From: Candidatus Aminicenantales bacterium
GTDB lineage: Bacteria > Acidobacteriota > Aminicenantia > Aminicenantales > Saccharicenantaceae
NCBI GenBank assembly: GCA_041736225.1
Contig: JBGSUG010000073.1
Location: 1-42,322 of the forward strand
Length of the DNA: 42,322 nucleotides
Reading direction: 5' to 3'
In this document: positions 1 through 7,840 of the stretch, in pieces
How the letters are laid out: every line of letters begins with the position of its first letter
Position numbering within the stretch: position 1 is the stretch's first letter
Notes under the pieces: model-generated
What the model was told of the DNA's origin: nothing
Database searches by the model: none
Seen by the model: the letters and a program-made list of their open reading frames with translations, nothing else
Position numbers and translations under genes: made by a program

Positions 1-1778
1 TGGCCTTGGCGCGCGGCGGGATGACCCCGGCTGCGGCCGCCGGGCTCCTGGCCCCGCCCCCGGCCTGGGAGGGGATGCCGACGTCGGGCACGGTCAGGGT
101 CCTGGCCCTGCTCATCTCCTTCAACGACTATCCCGGGACGACGACGCCGGACTATTTCGCCTCCCGGCTCTTCGGGGACGGGGTCGGCGGCCCGCCCTTT
201 GACAGCCTCCGCGACTTCTACCTGCGCTCGTCCTACGACCGGCTGAGGATCGAGGGCAACGTCCTCGGCTGGTACCAGGCGCCCTACGCCCGGAGCACCG
301 TCGCCGAGACGGACGCCGGCCGGCAGAACCTGATCAAGGAGGCCTTGAACTTTTACGAGGCCCAAGGGCACGACTTCTCGCAGTACGACAACGACGGCGA
401 CGGGGCCGTCGACTATTTCTGCGTCTTCTGGGCCGGCCCTCACGGCGAGTGGGCGGAGTTCTGGTGGGGTTACTACACCTGGTTCGGGGACTCGAGCTTC
501 CGCCTCGACGGCAAGCGCCTGACGAACTACTCCTGGCAGTGGGAGCTCTACAACTACCCGAGCGGCACGTTCAACCCGAGCACGATCATCCACGAGACGG
601 GCCACGCCCTCGGCGTCCCCGACTACTACGACTACGACGATGCCGTCGGCCCCGACGGCGGGGTCGGCAACCTCGACATCATGGACGGCACCGGGGACCA
701 CAACTGCTTTTCCAAGTTCATGCTGGACTGGATCGCGCCGACGGTCGTCCCGGGGGGGACGCGTACGGTCTCCCTGAGGGCCTCGGGGCTCTATCCCGAC
801 GCCCTCCTCTTCATGCCCGGCGCGGTCGACGGCGAAATCTTCGGCGAGTTCTTCATGGTCCAGAACCGCCTCAGGTCGGGCAACGACGCGGGCCTGTTCA
901 CCGGGTCCGACGGCCTCGTCGTCTGGCACGTCGACGCGCGCCTCAACGCCTGGGGGAGCGATTTCCTCTACGACAATTCCTACACGGACCACAAGCTCCT
1001 GCGCCTGATGGAGGCCGACGGGCTGGAGGAGATCGAGACCTTTTCCGCCTCGGCCGACGCCGGGGATTACTACAAAGCGGGGGCGTCGTTCGGACCGCTG
1101 ACCTTCCCGAACACCTCGCGCTACGGGGGCGCGCCGACGTCCATGCTCATGACGTCCGTCACGGGTTCGACCGCGCCGATGGGCGTGACGATCGTCTTCG
1201 AGGACGCCGCGCCCGTCGTCGGGGTCGTCGACCCCGTCGAGGGCGAGACCGTCTACGGAACGGTCCCGGTCGAGGTCTCGGCGAGCGACGACAAGGGCGT
1301 CAGCCGCGTCGAGCTCTCCGTCGACGGCGCCCCGAACGGGACGCTGACGGCGGCGCCCTTCGTCTTCGGCCTCGACACGACGCTGCTTTCGAACGGAAGC
1401 CACACGCTCCGGGCCGTCGCGTACGACACGATCGGAACGAGCGCCGCGGCGGAGGTCTCCGTCGTCACGGAGAACATCTTCGCCCCGGCGAGCTTGAAAG
1501 CGGTCCGGACGCTCAACCGCGGCCTGCTCCTCCGGGAATACGTCGTGGTCCTGACCTGGGCGGAAAACTCCCGGAACACGAGCGTGACGAAATACCGGAT
1601 CTACCGGACGACGGGGGGAGTGCGGACGCTCGTCGGAGAGACGGCCAAGGCCGCGTCGAACACGACCAACAGGTATCTCGACCGGGGCGTGACCCGCACG
1701 GGAAGCTATGCCTACGAAGTGGTTGGCGTCAACGAGGGCGGCCGGGAAGGCCTGACGGCCGCTGCGACCGTCAGGTGA
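1..1778 (+). CDS. M6-family (immune inhibitor A-like) zinc metalloprotease with C-terminal Ig-like/FN3-like domains; 5' end probably lies outside the window
   Basis: The reading frame is open to the window edge and no signal peptide is visible. It has an HExxH zinc motif in HETGHALGVPDYYD and the N-terminal M6 block VRVLALLISFNDYPG. The C-terminal part is beta-rich (VEVSASDDKGVSRVELSVDG; YRIYRTTGG...YAYEVVGVN). Confidence 0.75.
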   Translation, partial: ALARGGMTPAAAAGLLAPPPAWEGMPTSGTVRVLALLISFNDYPGTTTPDYFASRLFGDGVGGPPFDSLRDFYLRSSYDRLRIEGNVLGWYQAPYARSTVAETDAGRQNLIKEALNFYEAQGHDFSQYDNDGDGAVDYFCVFWAGPHGEWAEFWWGYYTWFGDSSFRLDGKRLTNYSWQWELYNYPSGTFNPSTIIHETGHALGVPDYYDYDDAVGPDGGVGNLDIMDGTGDHNCFSKFMLDWIAPTVVPGGTRTVSLRASGLYPDALLFMPGAVDGEIFGEFFMVQNRLRSGNDAGLFTGSDGLVVWHVDARLNAWGSDFLYDNSYTDHKLLRLMEADGLEEIETFSASADAGDYYKAGASFGPLTFPNTSRYGGAPTSMLMTSVTGSTAPMGVTIVFEDAAPVVGVVDPVEGETVYGTVPVEVSASDDKGVSRVELSVDGAPNGTLTAAPFVFGLDTTLLSNGSHTLRAVAYDTIGTSAAAEVSVVTENIFAPASLKAVRTLNRGLLLREYVVVLTWAENSRNTSVTKYRIYRTTGGVRTLVGETAKAASNTTNRYLDRGVTRTGSYAYEVVGVNEGGREGLTAAATVR

Positions 1779-1784
1779 TGAACC

Positions 1785-1813
1785 GGGAACATGTACCTCC
1801 GGTACGTATCCCC
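1785..1813 (+). repeat. Degenerate copy of the 29-nt palindromic hairpin family (GGGAACATGTACC-TCC-GGTACGTATCCCC), 7 nt after the protease stop
   Basis: Read directly from the sequence. It has the same 13+3+13 architecture as the other copies, with three arm positions no longer Watson-Crick paired. Confidence 0.6.
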
Positions 1814-1828
1814 GTTCGAGAGAGAAGA

Positions 1829-1857
1829 GGGGACACGTACCCGGGGTACATGTCCCC
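1829..1857 (-). terminator. Palindromic hairpin family copy, oriented for the minus-strand transcript (downstream of the OmpA-like gene)
   Basis: The plus strand reads GGGGACACGTACC-CGG-GGTACATGTCCCC. On the minus strand this gives GGGGACATGTACC-CCG-GGTACGTGTCCCC, a 13-bp stem with one U.G pair. It lies 24 nt past the stop of the 1881..2516 gene and is followed on that strand by TCTTCTCTCTC. Confidence 0.55.
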
Positions 1858-1880
1858 CCTGTCTGTGTTCTGAGATTCGC

Positions 1881-2516
1881 TTATTCGTAGACCAGGATCT
1901 CGACCCGCCTGTTCTGGCTGCGGCCATCGCGTGATCCGTTGTCGGCGACGGGCACGGAGCTGCCCAGGCTGACGGCGGACATGCGGTGCAGCGGGATGCG
2001 GTGCTGCTTGTAGAGGTACATCATGACGGCTTCGGCCCGCTTCTGGCCGAGAGAGTGATTGATCTCGTCGCTTCCGGTGCTGTCGGTGTGGCCCTGGATC
2101 TCGATGTAGACGCCCTTGTTCTCGGTGATGAGCTTCTGGACGAACCCGTCGAGGATGCCCTTGGCCTCGGGGCTGAGCGCGGCGCTGTCGAAGCCGAACT
2201 TGGCGTCGCTGTTCTTGACGGTGGCGGTCAGGACGAGGTTGCCCTTGATGAGGGTCTTGACCTCTTCGATCTTGCCGTCGACCGCCTTGAACTGGCCGTC
2301 GTGCGCGCTGATGAGCGAGCCGATGGTCGCCAGCTGGTCGTCGTGCTCCTTGAGCCGCTTCTGGCTGGCCTCGACGTCGCTCGAGACCTCGGCGATCTTC
2401 TGGTCGAGGGTGGCGGATTCCGTCCGGACGAACTTCTTCGTGGCGCAGGCCGGCCCGGTGACGAGGGCGACCAGCAGGACGAAACCCGCGATGATGACGA
2501 ATGACTTGTTCTTCAT
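1881..2516 (-). CDS. OmpA-family lipoprotein (helical spacer plus C-terminal OmpA peptidoglycan-binding domain)
   Basis: The signal peptide has a lipobox (LVALVTGPAC). The C-terminal OmpA_C block reads GHTDSTGSDEINHSLGQKRAEAV...NRRVEILVYE. Confidence 0.9.
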   Translation of the reverse strand: MKNKSFVIIAGFVLLVALVTGPACATKKFVRTESATLDQKIAEVSSDVEASQKRLKEHDDQLATIGSLISAHDGQFKAVDGKIEEVKTLIKGNLVLTATVKNSDAKFGFDSAALSPEAKGILDGFVQKLITENKGVYIEIQGHTDSTGSDEINHSLGQKRAEAVMMYLYKQHRIPLHRMSAVSLGSSVPVADNGSRDGRSQNRRVEILVYE

Positions 2517-2669
2517 GAGAACCTCCTGTCTGTGATTCTTGACGGGCGGCGGGAAACCGACGCCGCTCCCAAACCCCGCTGGGTCAATAATAGGCCCTTT
2601 TCCATAATAAAGAAAGAGCCGGGGGCGTCAATACCCTTAACGGAGGATTCCCGGAAACGGGGTGATGCC

Positions 2670-3614
2670 TCAGTATCCCTGCCGCGTGCGGAGCTTGTGC
2701 TTGTAGTTCGGAGTGGTGATCCGGATCCAGCGGTAGAGCTCGGCCGTGTCCTGGTAGGACGTGTAGCCGATGATGTACTGGTGGCTCTGCTCGTTCTTGA
2801 TCTCTTGGACGACCCGGCCCAGGTCTTCGGGTTCGTTCAGGAACCAGGCCTTGCCGCCGGTGGCCGCCGAGAACCTGTCCAGGGTGGCGACGATGCCGGC
2901 CGAGGTCAGGCCGGAGGCCCGCTTGTGGGCCTCGAGCATCTGCTCGCTCCGGGGGATCTTGTAGCCGATGGTGTAGATGGGGACGTCGACCCGTTTGGCG
3001 ATCTCGAGGGCCTGCTCGGGGGTCGATTCGCTGTCGTTCTCGATGCCGTCGGTGAGGAGGAGCAGTGCCCGCTTCTCGTTTCTGGCCCGCGTTGCGAATT
3101 CCGGCGAGACGGCCACGGCGTCGTTGAGGGCGGTCTGGCCGTAGGCCTCGAGCTTGTCGAGGACGCGGAGGAACTCCTCTTTGTCGGTCGAGTGCTTGGC
3201 CGCGACCTCGACCTGGCCGTCGGCGAAGATGAGCAAGGCGATCTCGTCCCGGTAGCGGAGGAGCTTCGTGGCCAGGTGGCGCAGGGCCGCCTTGCATTCC
3301 GCGAGCTTGTTCTCGAGGCCCATGCTGCCGCTGACGTCCAGGAGGACGGTCAGGCTGAGGGGCGATCCGAAGTCGTGATCGAAGTAGGTGATGCCCTTTC
3401 TCTTGTTGTTCTCGTAGACGGTGAAGTCCTTCTCCACCAGGTTGTTGACGAACCGCCCCTTGGAATCCTGGACCGTGACGGCCAGGGTGATGGCCCGGAC
3501 GACGTACTCGTGGGCGGCCTGATCCTGGACCTGTTCCTGGGCCCGGGCCGCCCGGGCCGGCCAGACTGCGGCCAGGCAGGCGAGGACAAACACGATCAGA
3601 ACGTTTCTTTTCAT
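2670..3614 (-). CDS. VWA (von Willebrand factor A) domain protein of the VWFA-related Acidobacterial type, secreted
   Basis: The MIDAS-type motif VLLDVSGSM is present. The start was moved to the internal ATG (MKRNVLIVFVLACLAAVWPARAARAQ signal peptide). The N-terminal beta-sandwich and the C-terminal YIIGY..Y tail are typical of this family. Confidence 0.8.
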   Translation of the reverse strand: MKRNVLIVFVLACLAAVWPARAARAQEQVQDQAAHEYVVRAITLAVTVQDSKGRFVNNLVEKDFTVYENNKRKGITYFDHDFGSPLSLTVLLDVSGSMGLENKLAECKAALRHLATKLLRYRDEIALLIFADGQVEVAAKHSTDKEEFLRVLDKLEAYGQTALNDAVAVSPEFATRARNEKRALLLLTDGIENDSESTPEQALEIAKRVDVPIYTIGYKIPRSEQMLEAHKRASGLTSAGIVATLDRFSAATGGKAWFLNEPEDLGRVVQEIKNEQSHQYIIGYTSYQDTAELYRWIRITTPNYKHKLRTRQGY

Positions 3615-3758
3615 GGCTATTGCGCGGGGGTCGAGAGTCCAAAATACCACGCGCCAGGGGGCAAATCAAGGAACGGACGAAAATGCGCGCACTTCACAAG
3701 AGAGTTTTGTCGGGCGAAAGGCCCCGTTTTACGAAAAGGCCGTCGGGTCCCCGGTGAA

Positions 3759-4037
3759 CTAGCTGGGGAGCTGCTCGGCGCCGGAGGTCTCGACGTCGGA
3801 CGCGAAAAACGACATCTCGCATCCGGTGCCGCTTGGCTCGGCCTCGCAGAAATGCGGGGCCGTCCATGTGGCGATCTCGAGCGTGAGGAGCGGCTCTTCC
3901 TCCTGTTGCGCATCCTCGGGGGAGGCGACCGGACGCTCCTGGAACCTCGCCTGGACCTTCCGGGCGTCGGCCATCAGGCGGAAGAGATAGACAGTGGTGA
4001 CGAGGGGAATAACGCCGGCTGCGATCGCAATGCTCAC
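3759..4037 (-). CDS. Hypothetical small membrane-anchored protein (one N-terminal TM helix, acidic Cys-containing tail)
   Basis: The GTG start lies 1 nt after the stop of the upstream HTH gene, which suggests coupling. The N-terminus is hydrophobic (IAIAAGVIPLVTTVYLF). I recognise no family. Confidence 0.4.
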   Translation of the reverse strand: MSIAIAAGVIPLVTTVYLFRLMADARKVQARFQERPVASPEDAQQEEEPLLTLEIATWTAPHFCEAEPSGTGCEMSFFASDVETSGAEQLPS

Positions 4038-4038
4038 A

Positions 4039-4212
4039 CTATCGGCCCGTCCTTTTCACGAAGCCCCGCAGGTCCTTTTCCCAGACGCGTGTTATCCGCT
4101 TGCCTCCGAGGTGGAAGGCTTTGAGCTCGCCTTTGGCGATCCAGTAATGGACGCTCCGCCGGGTGACGCCGAGCGCCTGGCAGATCTCTTTGATGGTGTA
4201 CATGCGCTCCAT
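4039..4212 (-). CDS. Excisionase/MerR-superfamily helix-turn-helix DNA-binding protein (Xis/AlpA-like)
   Basis: MERMYTIKEICQALGVTRRSVHYWIAKGELKAFHLGGKRI matches the excisionase-family HTH pattern. I chose an internal ATG as the start. An AT-rich promoter-like region lies upstream. Confidence 0.7.
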   Translation of the reverse strand: MERMYTIKEICQALGVTRRSVHYWIAKGELKAFHLGGKRITRVWEKDLRGFVKRTGR

Positions 4213-4487
4213 CGGATCGCCTCGCCAAGGTCCGTTTATTTCACATGCTTGCACATGTTGTCAAGTCATTTGTTATCAATTAGTTATAAATATGCGAATG
4301 CAACAAGATGAAGGGCGTCTCCGGTCGTGCGGCCCAAGATATTGTGCGGGGAACGGGCGGGCCGGCCCTGGCGCCGGGCCTGCGCCCGGGGCCTGAATCG
4401 GGAACTCCGCGACCTTCGAGGGCGCGACATGATATATTATGAGCTCGAGCTCAATGCAGTTCGGACATTCGTGGTGGAGGTCGATCC

Positions 4488-5159
4488 GTGCCGAGGACAA
4501 GAAGGTCTCTTCCGTTGCTGTCGGTCGCCGTATTCTTCTTCGCGCTTCCGGCCGCGGCGCAGCATATGTCCCGGCCGCCGGCCGAGCAGATCTGGCTGGC
4601 CCCGCGTCAGAGCGTGCCCGTCTTCGATTTTCCGGCGAAAGGCCTGATCCTGGATATCGGCGGGGGCGGCTGGGGCGTCATCGGACAGCTGAAGGGCAAA
4701 CAGGTCGTCTCCATCGACATCAGCCCGCAGGAGCTCGTGGAAGCCCCGCCCGGGCCTCTCCTCAAGATCATCATGGACGCCCGGCAGCTCCTGTTCCTGG
4801 ACGACACCTTCCCGACGGTCACCGTGTTCTTCACCTTCATGTTCATGGCCCCGGCCGACCACGAGAAGGTCTTCCGCGAGCTCTACCGGGTCACCGAGCC
4901 GGGCGGGCGGCTTCTCATCTGGGATGTCGTCTTTCCCGACATCAGGGACCCGAAGAAGAGGTTTGCCACCTTCCCGGTCACCGTCAAGCTTCCCGGCAAG
5001 GATATCGACGCGGGCTACAGTACCTACCTGGTGCCCGGGGGGCAGGGGCTGCCGCACTTCGAGGCTTTGGCCGCTAAGACCGGTTTCGTGGTCGTCACCA
5101 AGAGAACTTCCCAGGATTGGTTCACCCTGGAGCTTGCCAAGCCGCGGATGGGCAAATAG
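4488..5159 (+). CDS. Class I SAM-dependent methyltransferase with an N-terminal signal-peptide/anchor-like segment
   Basis: The GTG start is preceded by GGTGGAGG. The SAM motif I is ILDIGGGGWG, and the Methyltransf_11-like core includes EPGGRLLIWD. The N-terminus reads MPRTRRSLPLLSVAVFFFALPAAAQ. Confidence 0.8.
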   Translation: MPRTRRSLPLLSVAVFFFALPAAAQHMSRPPAEQIWLAPRQSVPVFDFPAKGLILDIGGGGWGVIGQLKGKQVVSIDISPQELVEAPPGPLLKIIMDARQLLFLDDTFPTVTVFFTFMFMAPADHEKVFRELYRVTEPGGRLLIWDVVFPDIRDPKKRFATFPVTVKLPGKDIDAGYSTYLVPGGQGLPHFEALAAKTGFVVVTKRTSQDWFTLELAKPRMGK

Positions 5160-5170
5160 ACCGCCGGCCC

Positions 5171-5533
5171 ATGAAGCCCCGCTATCGGAGCATGCTCCGC
5201 AAGATGGAAGTCAGAGAGACCTCGGTTCCCTGGTCCCTCTATATCCTGAGATGCGGCGACGGGTCGTTCTATACCGGAGTGACGACCGACATCGAACGCC
5301 GTTTCCGCGAGCATGAGAAAGGCAAGGCTTCCCGGTATACGCGGACGCACCGGCCCGTCGTTCTCGTTTATCAGGAAATGTGCGGCAGCCGGTCCCAGGC
5401 GCTATTGCGGGAGTGCGCCGTCAAATCCCTGGGCCGGCAGGCGAAAGAAGATCTTGTCGCCGGGGGAATGGCCGGAGGCCGGCTGAAAACGCCGAAGCGG
5501 CGGAAAGCCGAAAGCACGGGAGCCCAGGACTAG
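5171..5533 (+). CDS. GIY-YIG nuclease family protein (small stand-alone type)
   Basis: The GIY-YIG signature is WSLYILRCGDGSFYTGVTTDIERRFREH...RYT. The start codon is uncertain; several in-frame ATGs lie between 5171 and 5210. Confidence 0.8.
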   Translation: MKPRYRSMLRKMEVRETSVPWSLYILRCGDGSFYTGVTTDIERRFREHEKGKASRYTRTHRPVVLVYQEMCGSRSQALLRECAVKSLGRQAKEDLVAGGMAGGRLKTPKRRKAESTGAQD

Positions 5534-5565
5534 GCTCCGGACGTCTTCGGCACGGGGGGCCGGGC

Positions 5566-7239
5566 TCATGTCGAAGCCTCCCAATCGCGGATCGCCAGAA
5601 TGGCTTCTTCCGGCGTCCGGACCGTCCTCAAGGCTTGCATGAGCGACCTGTTCTGGGAGGCCCGGCTGGCCAGGCCCAGGAGCTTGACCTGGGTGTCGGG
5701 GGTTCGGGCCGGTGACAGGATCAGGAAAACGATCTCGATGGGCTTGTCCGTCGCGACGTCGATGACCCCCTCCCGCGTCAATCCCAGGGCGATGACCGGA
5801 GCGGCCAAGCCCTCCACCCGGACATGGGGGAACGCCACGCCCTCGTTGAAGAACGTCGAGCTCTGGGTTTCCCGTTCCATGACGGATTTGTAAAGGCCCT
5901 CCCCGGCTTCCCTTCCGATGGTCGAGGCCAGGGTCCTGAGAACGGTCTCCTTCTCGACCGCCGCCTCCCAGACCACGACATGCTGCGGAGAAGTCAGCAA
6001 ACTGAGACGGGGGCGGTCGACCGGCCGGATCCCCGATCCCGCCGCCGGCTCCATGGAGGAGGGTGGGGCTTCCTCCGGCAGTCCGGGCCCTGGCCGGACG
6101 GAGACCGGCCGGTCCTCGCTCGTATCGAGGACGATGACCGTGACCTTCCGGGCGTTCCTGACGAGGTCCTCGACGACCGTCTTGTTCCGGCCGATCCTTT
6201 TCCAGAGGGGCCGGGGAAGGGCCCGGCCCATAACCATGTGACCGACCCGGTATTCCGCGGCGAACCGGAGGAGGGTGTCGGCGACGTCTTCGCCCTTGTA
6301 GGTGAAGACCATGGCCCCCAGCTGCTTGGCCAGGGTCAGCGTGTCCGAGAGGTGGCGTTGGACCTGGGCGTCGATGACCGTCGCCTCCTCGGCCGGCGTC
6401 TGGACGTAGACGGCATACCAGTTCCGGTTGAGCTTCCCCGCCAGGCGCGAGCCGTATCGCAGGAGCTTCTCGCTGTTCGGCCCGTGCGAGCTCAGGCAGA
6501 CCATGACCTGATCCGACGAGGCGCTCTCTTCCGTCCCCAGGTCTTCGCGGCGGCGCAGGTCGATCTGCGCCGCGAGCTCGCGGAGCGTCAGCTCCCGGAG
6601 CTTCTCCAGGTTGGACTTCGTGAAAAAGTTGGCCATCGCGGTCTCGATGCGCTCGGCCGGGTAGATCTTACCTTCTTCGAGGCGCTTCCGGAGGTCCGCG
6701 GTCGCCAGATCGACATCGACGATCTCGTCCGCTTCGGCCAGAACGGAATCCGGCAGACGCTCGCGGACCTTGACTCCGACGGCCGTCTCCACGATGTTGT
6801 AGAGGCTTTCGAGATGCTGGACGTTGAGCGTGCTGATGACGTGGATCCCCGCCGCCAGGATGTCCTGGACGTCCTCGTACCTCTTCGCGTTCCGGCTGCC
6901 CGGGATGTTGGTGTGGGCGAGCTCGTCGATGAGGGCGACTTGCGGCTTGCGCGCGATGACCGCCTCCGCGTCCATCTCCTCGATCGCTATGCCGTGGTAT
7001 TCCTGAGCGCGGCGGGGAACGACTTCCAGTCCCTCGGCGAGCCGGGCGATCTCCGCCCGGCCGTGCGTTTCGAGAAGGCCGATGACGACGTCGATGCCTT
7101 CGCTTTTTAGCCGTCGGCCTTCCTGGAGCATCTGATAGGTCTTACCGACGCCGGCCGAGTAACCGAGGTAGATCTTCAGCCGCCCCCGCCGGGACCGGCG
7201 GATCATCCGGAGGAAAGCGTCGGCCTTATCTTCCGGCAT
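5566..7239 (-). CDS. KdpD sensor half (KdpD N-terminal domain + USP domain) fused to a PTS EIIA type-2 (PtsN-like) domain; no histidine-kinase core
   Basis: The N-terminus GRLKIYLGYSAGVGKTYQML...LIDELAHTN...STLNVQHLES is the KdpD N-terminal domain. The middle segment VMVCLSSHGPNSEKLLRYGSRLA...HMVMG is USP-like. The C-terminus FFNEGVAFPHVRVEGL...IEIVFLILSP is the EIIA-2 fold with the conserved phosphorylatable His. No HisKA/HATPase motifs are present. The gene overlaps the kdpC stop by 14 nt. Confidence 0.85.
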   Translation of the reverse strand: MPEDKADAFLRMIRRSRRGRLKIYLGYSAGVGKTYQMLQEGRRLKSEGIDVVIGLLETHGRAEIARLAEGLEVVPRRAQEYHGIAIEEMDAEAVIARKPQVALIDELAHTNIPGSRNAKRYEDVQDILAAGIHVISTLNVQHLESLYNIVETAVGVKVRERLPDSVLAEADEIVDVDLATADLRKRLEEGKIYPAERIETAMANFFTKSNLEKLRELTLRELAAQIDLRRREDLGTEESASSDQVMVCLSSHGPNSEKLLRYGSRLAGKLNRNWYAVYVQTPAEEATVIDAQVQRHLSDTLTLAKQLGAMVFTYKGEDVADTLLRFAAEYRVGHMVMGRALPRPLWKRIGRNKTVVEDLVRNARKVTVIVLDTSEDRPVSVRPGPGLPEEAPPSSMEPAAGSGIRPVDRPRLSLLTSPQHVVVWEAAVEKETVLRTLASTIGREAGEGLYKSVMERETQSSTFFNEGVAFPHVRVEGLAAPVIALGLTREGVIDVATDKPIEIVFLILSPARTPDTQVKLLGLASRASQNRSLMQALRTVRTPEEAILAIRDWEAST

Positions 7240-7819
7240 CGAGGACTCCGTCCAGAGCGAGGTTCAGACGCAAGACGTTCACCCGGGGCTCGCCCAGGAT
7301 GCCCAGCGTGCGGCCTTCGGTGCAGGCCTCGATCCCGGCCAGGACGTCGGCCTCCGGGAGCCCCCGGGCTCGAGAGACCCGGCGGGCCTGGATCCGGGCG
7401 TTCTCCGGAGAGATGTGGGGATCGAGGCCGCTCGCCGAAGCCGTGACGGCATCGGCCGGTACCGTCGTCGCGGCATCGAGACGGTTCTCCTCGCGGTATG
7501 CGGCGATCCGATCCCGGACGGTTTCCGCGAGGGCCTTCGACAAGGGCCCGAGATTCGTCCCCCCGGACCGGCCGCCGTCGTATCCTTGGCCCGCGGCCGA
7601 AGGACGGGGGTGAAAATACTCCGGGGACGAGAACTTCAGGCCGATCAGACTCGACCCGGCGACGACCCCGTCGTGCACGATGAGCGAACCATTGGCCCGG
7701 CCGGGAAAAAGACCCTGGGCGAGGACCCAGGCGGCGAGCGGATAGAGGCCGCACAGGAGGACGGCCAGGACGGCCACGGCCAGGAACGACCTTCGGAGTT
7801 CGATGAGCCAACTCTTCAT
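7226..7819 (-). CDS. kdpC: Potassium-transporting ATPase subunit C
   Basis: It has one N-terminal TM helix and KdpC blocks (GSSLIG, ASGLDPHISPENA, VNVLRLNLALD). It sits in the kdpFABC order. Confidence 0.95.
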   Translation of the reverse strand: MKSWLIELRRSFLAVAVLAVLLCGLYPLAAWVLAQGLFPGRANGSLIVHDGVVAGSSLIGLKFSSPEYFHPRPSAAGQGYDGGRSGGTNLGPLSKALAETVRDRIAAYREENRLDAATTVPADAVTASASGLDPHISPENARIQARRVSRARGLPEADVLAGIEACTEGRTLGILGEPRVNVLRLNLALDGVLDAGR

Positions 7820-7840
7820 TTCCGTGCGGCCTTCTCCATG

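Noticed and set aside
2532-4124. A 530-aa plus-strand ORF. Similar long antisense ORFs include 5824..7110, 11783..13546, 22276..24126, 25056..26165, 26071..27372, 31482..32828, 32653..34068, 34691..35533, 35592..36977 and 37601..39678.
   Set aside because: Each one is the mirror frame of a confidently identified gene on the opposite strand and translates to low-complexity sequence.
4441-4452. The perfect 12-nt palindrome GAGCTCGAGCTC upstream of the methyltransferase.
   Set aside because: It is short, occurs once, and is too short-armed to form a stable hairpin. It could be an operator, but there is no supporting evidence.
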